From positions 2,340,001 to 2,372,000 of the forward strand of contig CP126532.1 in assembly GCA_030167145.1 (NCBI GenBank): a stretch of 32,000 bases of DNA, given 5' to 3'. Positions 8,646 to 14,235 of this stretch are shown here, in pieces. The position numbers were made by a program, and so were the translations under genes. Origin of the DNA: Ktedonobacterales bacterium (GTDB lineage: Bacteria; Chloroflexota; Ktedonobacteria; Ktedonobacterales; JADMIN01). Numbering within the stretch: position 1 is the first letter of the stretch; every line of letters begins with the position of its first letter. The notes below the pieces were generated by a model. That model saw nothing but the letters and a program-made list of their open reading frames with translations. It made no database searches and was not told where the DNA came from.

Positions 8646-9749
8646 TCAGGCGGGATCTATGAAGATGCCGCTGACGACGGCGTTGATCGAGCCGGTGGCG
8701 TTGGTGATCTGGAGCGTGACGTGGCCACGGATGGTCCAGATCGCGTAAACGCCACTGGCGAAGTTGCTGAACGTCTGAGTATCCAGCACGGCATGGGTGG
8801 CGGGGTCATTGACGGTGATCGTCTCGGCGCGGTGCTGCTGATCCCAATCGAGCAGATACACGGCGAGCTGATGGCTTTGCCCGTCGAGGATGGTGACGTC
8901 CAGGGTGAAGGTGGTCTGGGAATACCAGCAGGCGGCAATGCGGTTGGCGGGATTCGAGACCGTTTGCGTGGCCCGCGCGTCTGCCGAGGTCGCGGCCCAG
9001 GTCAGCTCGGTCGCACCGGATTGCACAACCTCGAAGGCATCTGATAGCTGCTGGGTGTCGGCGACGACGAGCGCTCCCTGCTGGCCATAGACACCCTGCC
9101 ATGCGCCTTGGGTGGTGGTGTCCTGGTGGAGGAAGGTGGCGCCGGTGACGGGCAGCGGTGTCGCGGTCGGCAAGGGGGGCGTTTCGGTCGGCGTGGCCGT
9201 GGGCAGAGGACGCGCTGGACCGGCGATGTTGGCGCTGGGCTGGATGCTCGGCAGCAGATCGCCGAGCGACATGGCCGCCGCGACGCTGAGCGCCACGCTG
9301 ACGGTGGCGACGACGAAAAAGAGGCGTCGCGCGCCGCGATTGGCTCGCGGGCTGCGCTGCTGCGGGCGTGACACTGGCGCACGGCGGTAGGTGGGTTGCC
9401 CGGTCACGCGATAGGGATAAGATTCCGTTTGCAGTGGTTTGGTGAGCACTTTGGTGCGGGGGTTTCGCTCACGCGGGGCCGGGGGGCGGTCATCTATCCA
9501 GGCGCTGGTAGGAAGGCTCTGGTCGCGCGACGGTGGGCCATCGAATTCCCAGGCGCTGGCGCTGGTGAAGTGGCTTCGGTCCAGTGGCGGTGGGGCGGCA
9601 TCCTCCCAGCGGAACCAGGTCCTTGGCAGTGCAAAGTTGTCGTCGTTTATCTGCTCATCGGGTAGCGGGGGCAAGGGGCGCGTGATGCGTGCGCGGGCGG
9701 TGGATTTGTGTTGGCGCGCATCGGCCCATGGATCGGATGGGATGTCCAT
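8646..9749 (-). CDS. single-pass membrane protein: disordered cytoplasmic N-terminus, TM, Pro/Thr linker, C-terminal beta-rich extracellular domain
   Basis: TM LFFVVATVSVALSVAAAMSL and linker PLPTATPTETPPLPTATPLP. The C-terminal ~170 aa (TQGAWQGVYG...YLLDWDQQHR...NAVVSGIFID) looks like an uncharacterised beta-sandwich family. Confidence 0.7.
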   Translation of the reverse strand: MDIPSDPWADARQHKSTARARITRPLPPLPDEQINDDNFALPRTWFRWEDAAPPPLDRSHFTSASAWEFDGPPSRDQSLPTSAWIDDRPPAPRERNPRTKVLTKPLQTESYPYRVTGQPTYRRAPVSRPQQRSPRANRGARRLFFVVATVSVALSVAAAMSLGDLLPSIQPSANIAGPARPLPTATPTETPPLPTATPLPVTGATFLHQDTTTQGAWQGVYGQQGALVVADTQQLSDAFEVVQSGATELTWAATSADARATQTVSNPANRIAACWYSQTTFTLDVTILDGQSHQLAVYLLDWDQQHRAETITVNDPATHAVLDTQTFSNFASGVYAIWTIRGHVTLQITNATGSINAVVSGIFIDPA

Positions 9750-9920
9750 TGGTTCCGGCCTTTCCTGATGCGGATTGCGCTCGTTCTGGCGACCATGCGT
9801 TAAAGCTCATCATTAATGGTAATGATAGCAGATGGACAGCCGGTGTCCATCACATCGCCTAATCTCCTATGCCGGTGTCATGCGGAACAACAGGACAGAA
9901 TTGCTAACTTCGCGATAATT

Positions 9921-9950
9921 GGTAGAGGCGAGGCAGGCCTCGCCTCTACC
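9921..9950 (-). terminator. strong hairpin downstream of the holin-like gene
   Basis: GGTAGAGGCGAGG-cagg-CCTCGCCTCTACC (13-14 bp stem) 19 nt after the stop at 9969. The trailing sequence on the minus strand is only weakly U-rich (AAUUAUCG). Confidence 0.5.
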
Positions 9951-9968
9951 ACTGTGGGTGTGTGCGGC

Positions 9969-10310
9969 TTATGCGGGTGGCCGCATGGGCTGGGCGGCGG
10001 AGGCGGGTGCGGCTGCGCTATCTTTTGCGGCGATTGCGCCTGCCGTGGTATCGAGCGCCGTCGCGAGCGTGGGGTCGCCCTGCGCTCTGGCGTATTTGGC
10101 GAGCGCCAGCAGCGCGGCAACGGAGGCCGCCGCGAGCGCCGCGCGGGCGACATCGGCCCAATTGACGCTGCTCTGGCTGAGCGCGCTCGCCACCACAGGC
10201 AGGGCAGCTACCAGCGCGGCGCAGGCCAGCCCCTCTAGCAGTTTTAGCAATGCCCGCTCGCCCGGCGTTAGTGGCGCATAGGCATGCGCCCGCGCAAATA
10301 GTTTCAACAT
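9969..10310 (-). CDS. holin-like small membrane protein (2 TM, 113 aa)
   Basis: This is the C-terminal part of track ORF 9969-10922, starting at ATG 10310 behind AGGAAAGGAAGGAAAG. Sequence MLKLFARAHAYAPLTPGERALLKLLEGLACAALVAALPVVASAL...VARAALAAASVAALLALAKYA gives two TM helices and an Ala-rich tail. It lies directly downstream of the peptidase gene. Confidence 0.5.
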   Translation of the reverse strand: MLKLFARAHAYAPLTPGERALLKLLEGLACAALVAALPVVASALSQSSVNWADVARAALAAASVAALLALAKYARAQGDPTLATALDTTAGAIAAKDSAAAPASAAQPMRPPA

Positions 10311-10354
10311 TGTTCTTTCCTTCCTTTCCTTTGCGCTTTTCCTGTTGCTGTCCT

Positions 10355-11251
10355 TTACCGCAGCGATGCGAGCGCCGCCGCCAGCGCCTTGATGGCGGCA
10401 TTTGCCGCGTCGTCGCCAGGGGCGGGCGGCTGCTGTTGAAGCTGCGCGAGCTGCTGATAGAGGCCGCAGATCACCGCACCCGCGTCGCCGGTGACATGCG
10501 AGACGACGTTCGAGGCTTTGCCATAAATGAGCGCTGTGGCGTCTTCGAGCGCGGTGACGGCGAAGTCGCCGCCGAAGGGATACGCCTGCGGCGCGAGGCC
10601 CGCGACGGCGTTGGCGGTGGTTTTGTTGGCGAGCACGTAGGTCGCCTGTCCGTAGCGCAGTTCGTTGCCGTGCTGGTCGCGCGCTGCCACACCATTGGCG
10701 TCGCTGCTGTCGGTCCAATTGTCCATCTGATTCCTCTCCACTTTCTCCACAATCCAGATGCCCTGATACACACAATGCGCCAGCCGTTCGGTCCACCAGG
10801 CGCGGCTCTGGCGCTGATAGAAGCCGCCCCACGGATTCATCGCTACGAGCGTGGCAGCGTCGGGCGCGTCGCAGCCCGCGACCATGTGCGCGTAGCGCGA
10901 GGTGGGTGGCTCGTCGTTCCAATCGCTGGGAATCGCCAGCAGCACGGGATGGCCCGCCCCGATCTCAGTCGCCGCCCGCGCGACGAGGGCATCAGCCGCG
11001 CCGGATACACGCTGCATCCGCAGGCCGTAGCGCGCGAGCTGATCGGTGAACCGCGCGGGATCTTGCATGCCGACGTAGCCCTGGCCGTAGGCGGCGTCGT
11101 GCAGGGCATCGCCGGAGTAGAAGCCGCCCAGCAATCCCTGGCACATGGCGGCAAGCGCGGTGGGCACGCAATCCATGTTGGCATCTTCGGGCGGGTGACC
11201 GTCGCTGGTCGGCTCGGTCCGCTGGTCCTTGAGCGGCACGTTCACATTCAC
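10355..11251 (-). CDS. papain-fold C39-like cysteine peptidase domain protein (possible endolysin-type cell-wall peptidase)
   Basis: NMDCVPTALAAMCQ (candidate Cys nucleophile) and YAHMVAGCD...LVAMNPW (His / Asn-Asp) in the order seen in Peptidase_C39-like domains. RBS GAGGAG before ATG 11251. The C-terminal ~130 aa are unassigned. Confidence 0.65.
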   Translation of the reverse strand: MNVNVPLKDQRTEPTSDGHPPEDANMDCVPTALAAMCQGLLGGFYSGDALHDAAYGQGYVGMQDPARFTDQLARYGLRMQRVSGAADALVARAATEIGAGHPVLLAIPSDWNDEPPTSRYAHMVAGCDAPDAATLVAMNPWGGFYQRQSRAWWTERLAHCVYQGIWIVEKVERNQMDNWTDSSDANGVAARDQHGNELRYGQATYVLANKTTANAVAGLAPQAYPFGGDFAVTALEDATALIYGKASNVVSHVTGDAGAVICGLYQQLAQLQQQPPAPGDDAANAAIKALAAALASLR

Positions 11252-11481
11252 TTGCTCCTCACATCCTCTCTTCCTACCTCATCATCCGCATTCCGCAACA
11301 CGTTCATGCTTCGTTCCCGAAGGGTGGGCGGGCACGATGGGACGCCACCAACCGGCGAAGCTGGAACGACTGTATCACGTGGCGGCGTGAGGCGCGATGG
11401 GGACAGGTGCGGCCATGTGCGGACGAAGGGGGGCAAAGGGGGACATGAGTTGCATATTTCACCGCCAAACGGCATATTGCT

Positions 11482-11511
11482 TTGACGCGCTCGCGCTCCC
11501 CATGCTACACT
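11482..11511 (+). promoter_or_regulatory. sigma70-like promoter candidate for parA
   Basis: TTGACG (11482-11487), 18-nt spacer, TACACT (11506-11511). It is followed by a ~95-nt leader containing a long hairpin at 11556-11587. Confidence 0.4.
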
Positions 11512-11612
11512 CGTGGCCGTCGCGTTACACACGTCACACAACGTTGCCGCGCGGCGCGTGACCAGCGGGCACCCTGCTGGCGCACGCATCACCAGCGCCA
11601 GGAGATACCCCT

Positions 11613-12410
11613 ATGACCGCGATCTGTGTCGCGAATAACAAGGGCGGCGTCGGCAAGACGACCACCGCCGTCAACCTCGCCGCCGGGCTGGCCCGTCTCA
11701 ATTTCCGAGTCCTCGTGGTGGATGTGGATGGGCAGGCAAACGCTACGTATGCCCTGACCGGACGGGTACATCCCGTGCCGTCGCTCTATGATGTGCTGGT
11801 GGGCGACCGCAAGCTGGAAACTGTGCTGTGGAAGACCAACGAGGAGAACGTGTGGATTGTTCCTGGTGACGGGCGCTTGCAGAACGCCGATGTGGAGATG
11901 GCGTCGCGTCCGGGGCGGGAGTGGCGGCTGGCCAAGGCGCTCTACGGGCAGGACTTCGACTATATCATTTTGGATACGCCGCCGTCGCTGGGGGTGCTGA
12001 CGCAGAACGCGCTGGCCGCCGCGCATCGGGTGCTGATCCCGATTTCGCTGACGGAGTTCAGCCTGATTGGGATGGATAAGCTCGAAGCGACTATCGAAGA
12101 TCTGCGCGACCAGCTTGACCTGTATGATCTGGAGATCGCGGGGGTGGTGGCGACGTTCTACGAGAACACGACGACGGCGAATGAGACGTGGGGCATTCTG
12201 GAAAAGAAGTTTGAGGGGCGGATGCTGGAAACGCATATCCCCAAGAACCTCGATCTGGAGAAGGCGCACCGCGAGAACGAGAGCATTCTGAGCTTCGCGC
12301 CGAATAGCAGCGGCGGCCAGGCGTATATGCAGCTCGCACGGGAGGTAAAGCGACTTGTCCCAGCGCACACGCGCCCATACGACCGGCGGCGCTCCACGCA
12401 CTCCGCCTAA
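11613..12410 (+). CDS. parA: ParA/Soj-family partition ATPase
   Basis: Deviant Walker A NNKGGVGKTTTAVNLA, then VLVVDVDGQANAT and ILDTPPSLG (Walker B region). Confidence 0.92.
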   Translation: MTAICVANNKGGVGKTTTAVNLAAGLARLNFRVLVVDVDGQANATYALTGRVHPVPSLYDVLVGDRKLETVLWKTNEENVWIVPGDGRLQNADVEMASRPGREWRLAKALYGQDFDYIILDTPPSLGVLTQNALAAAHRVLIPISLTEFSLIGMDKLEATIEDLRDQLDLYDLEIAGVVATFYENTTTANETWGILEKKFEGRMLETHIPKNLDLEKAHRENESILSFAPNSSGGQAYMQLAREVKRLVPAHTRPYDRRRSTHSA

Positions 12411-12918
12411 GGCGAAGGCGACCAAGAACGCGGCGTCGCAACATACGACGCCAGCCACCGACACGGCAGAGCAGCGTGATACGGAGGCGCGGCTGCCGCT
12501 GGCGGCGGAGACGCTGGCGCGGACACTGCGCGCGGTGGCCGACGAACTGGAGCGCGACCCGGCGCTGGCGCGGCGCATCGCGGGGGCCGTGCGAGAGACG
12601 CCCACGGATGGGCCGTCCCCAGCAGAAGCGGCAGAGGAGCCAGCTACGCCGCCGAAGCGCCCCACACGCGCGTTCAAGCCGAAGCTGATCACCGGCGCTG
12701 GCCCGGAACTGGGCACGGGCATTCCCGACCCCTTCGCGCTGTACACTACGCTGGGCGAGGCGGGGCTGCGCGCGGCGCTGGATGAACTGCGGCTGGGCAC
12801 GCTGCGCGCGATGGTCCGCGAGCATGGGCTGGACCCCAGCGGACGCGCGAGCAAGCAGAACGATGCGGAGAAGCTGCGCGAGGTGATATTGCGGGCGGTG
12901 GCGGTGGCGAAGAGATAA
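12355..12918 (+). CDS. ParA-associated small protein (disordered basic N-terminus, helical C-terminal domain); possible centromere-binding/adaptor protein
   Basis: TTG start at 12355 sits 8 nt after a strong GGGAGGT and overlaps the parA 3' end by 56 nt. The C-terminus LRAALDELRLGTLRAMVREHGLDPSGRASKQNDAEKLREVILRAV resembles a helix-extended-helix (Rho_N/SAP-like) motif; that resemblance is weak inference. Confidence 0.6.
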   Translation: MSQRTRAHTTGGAPRTPPKAKATKNAASQHTTPATDTAEQRDTEARLPLAAETLARTLRAVADELERDPALARRIAGAVRETPTDGPSPAEAAEEPATPPKRPTRAFKPKLITGAGPELGTGIPDPFALYTTLGEAGLRAALDELRLGTLRAMVREHGLDPSGRASKQNDAEKLREVILRAVAVAKR

Positions 12919-12949
12919 ACTCCCCCTGGTAATTCGTGTGTCCGCATGC

Positions 12950-13177
12950 TATACTGCGTGGCAGAACAGAAGAGAACGTGCGATGGGCGTACCCGCGCCA
13001 ACGGATACGCCCATCTGACCCCGGCGCTGAGGCAACAGCGCGAGGGCTGCCCATAGGATAGCACGCGAGCGCGCATGACGCCTAGCTCGCCGCTGCTCCT
13101 ATCCCGCCCCCTTCGCATCTGCTCCCTCATCAGCGCCTCAAGTGAATTGGAGGCGTACCCCTATGCGATCCCCATGA
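12950..13177 (+). ncRNA. candidate structured RNA element, copy A (leader or sRNA) ending in SD + 4-codon mini-ORF
   Basis: TATACT at 12950-12955, a 10-bp hairpin at 12982-13015, and the conserved blocks TCTGACCCCGGCGCTGA (13014-13030), CAGCGCCTC (13131-13139) and GGAGGCGTACCCC (13149-13161). ATG 13163 opens MRSP-stop. Paralogous to 13782-14024. Confidence 0.45.
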
Positions 13178-13235
13178 CGGGTGTTTTCCGCTTATCGGCG
13201 CGATCCGCGTATATCGTCCTGTGGTGTTTCTTTTC

Positions 13236-13257
13236 GTGAGATATGCTCACCTTTTTC
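13236..13257 (+). terminator. weak terminator-like hairpin
   Basis: GTGAG-atatg-CTCAC followed by CTTTTTC. The stem is short (5 bp). Confidence 0.3.
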
Positions 13258-13405
13258 ACGCTCAAACGGAGGGAAAGGCTGCCTTTGTGGTAGCTCTCCT
13301 TGAATGCAGCGCTCTACTTTGCTATTGCTGGGGCAGTGCTGCTCAGCCTGAAATAATGAGCATTCGCGAAGAGATGGCGAAATTGATTGGCATGTGCGCA
13401 ACAAA

Positions 13406-13428
13406 GGGTATCACGTCATGTGATACCC
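13406..13428 (+). promoter_or_regulatory. perfect 9-bp inverted repeat (operator or RNA hairpin) just upstream of the SD of the short Ant-type gene
   Basis: GGGTATCAC-gtcat-GTGATACCC, followed by GGAGG (13433-13437) and ATG 13448. A positionally equivalent hairpin GCGTGTA-tga-TACACGC lies at 14173-14189. Confidence 0.4.
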
Positions 13429-13447
13429 CTGCGGAGGAACAAAATCC

Positions 13448-13762
13448 ATGGCAGATGAGCAAGGTGAGGTATTGATTCCTGTCGAGCAAACTTTGGTGTC
13501 GTTCCATGAGCGCCATATCGTGGCGGTTCGACTCTCTGACGGGCGCGTTGCCGCTGTTCTAAGTTCGTTGTGCGATGCACTGCAAATGCTTACGCGAGGT
13601 CAGGCACGACGCATCCACGCAGATGATGTGCTCAGCGAGCAACTCTTACCGGCCCGTATTGAGACGAGTGGTGGACCACAAACGATGGATGTGCTGACCG
13701 CTTGGGCAATTCCAACATGGTTGCGAAGTGCCCCAGTCTCCTGGACGGTACTTTGTGTGTGA
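13448..13762 (+). CDS. P22 Ant N-terminal-domain (P22_AR_N-like) protein, short/truncated paralog
   Basis: About 40% identity by eye to the N-terminus of 14236-15072 (VLIPVEQ..F..R.IVAVRLSDGRVAAVL..LC...MDVLT...IPTWL). It ends shortly after the domain, where the second repeat module begins. Confidence 0.65.
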   Translation: MADEQGEVLIPVEQTLVSFHERHIVAVRLSDGRVAAVLSSLCDALQMLTRGQARRIHADDVLSEQLLPARIETSGGPQTMDVLTAWAIPTWLRSAPVSWTVLCV

Positions 13763-13781
13763 CAATCGCATCGCATTATGG

Positions 13782-14024
13782 TATACTCGCCGCAGACATA
13801 CATGTGCGAACGCCGCCCGTGCTGGAAACACGAACGGCGCTCTGACCCCGGCGCTGAAGTTAGCAGCGGACAGGGCTTGTAGCAGCATAGCATGCGACAC
13901 GGGCAATAGCATAGACTCAACTGACATCACTCGCTCAAGCCGCACGCATCTTTGCTTCCCCTTTCCAATTTCTCACCCCAGCGCCTCCATATCCTAAGAG
14001 GAGGCGTACCCCATGGGAACTTGA
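13782..14024 (+). ncRNA. candidate structured RNA element, copy B (leader or sRNA) ending in SD + 3-codon mini-ORF
   Basis: GTGACA-17 nt-TATACT promoter (-10 at 13782-13787) and a hairpin at 13811-13839. Carries the same three conserved blocks at 13841-13857, 13979-13987 and 14000-14012. ATG 14013 opens MGT-stop. Confidence 0.45.
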
Positions 14025-14235
14025 TTCGTTTCCTGTGCAAGCCCCGGGCAAGCTCGATGAAGACACCACCTATTGGGCCGCACCTGCGCCCAAAAGTATC
14101 GCAGAAGGTTCATAGCGGTGTTCTGCGCTAGCGTCAGCGCGATCATATGGTAGCGAGGCGCATATGGGTGGGGCGTGTATGATACACGCGCGCTCCCTTG
14201 CTAGGTGAAAAATTGAGCACAGAAAGGCTGAACAC

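Noticed and set aside
13174-13239. 21-codon hydrophobic ORF (MTGVFRLSARSAYIVLWCFFS) as a type I toxin.
   Set aside because: It is too short and too charged (three Arg) for a clean TM helix. There is no conserved counterpart in copy B and no obvious antisense promoter. It is mentioned only as a low-probability idea.
12950-14024. Known riboswitch, retron msr-msd, tRNA/tmRNA-like or OMEGA/TnpB guide RNA identity for the duplicated elements.
   Set aside because: By eye there is no match to the conserved cores of TPP, ZTP, cobalamin, guanidine, c-di-GMP, RNase P, SRP or tmRNA. There is no reverse transcriptase, TnpB/IscB or integrase gene nearby. This cannot be excluded without a covariance-model scan.
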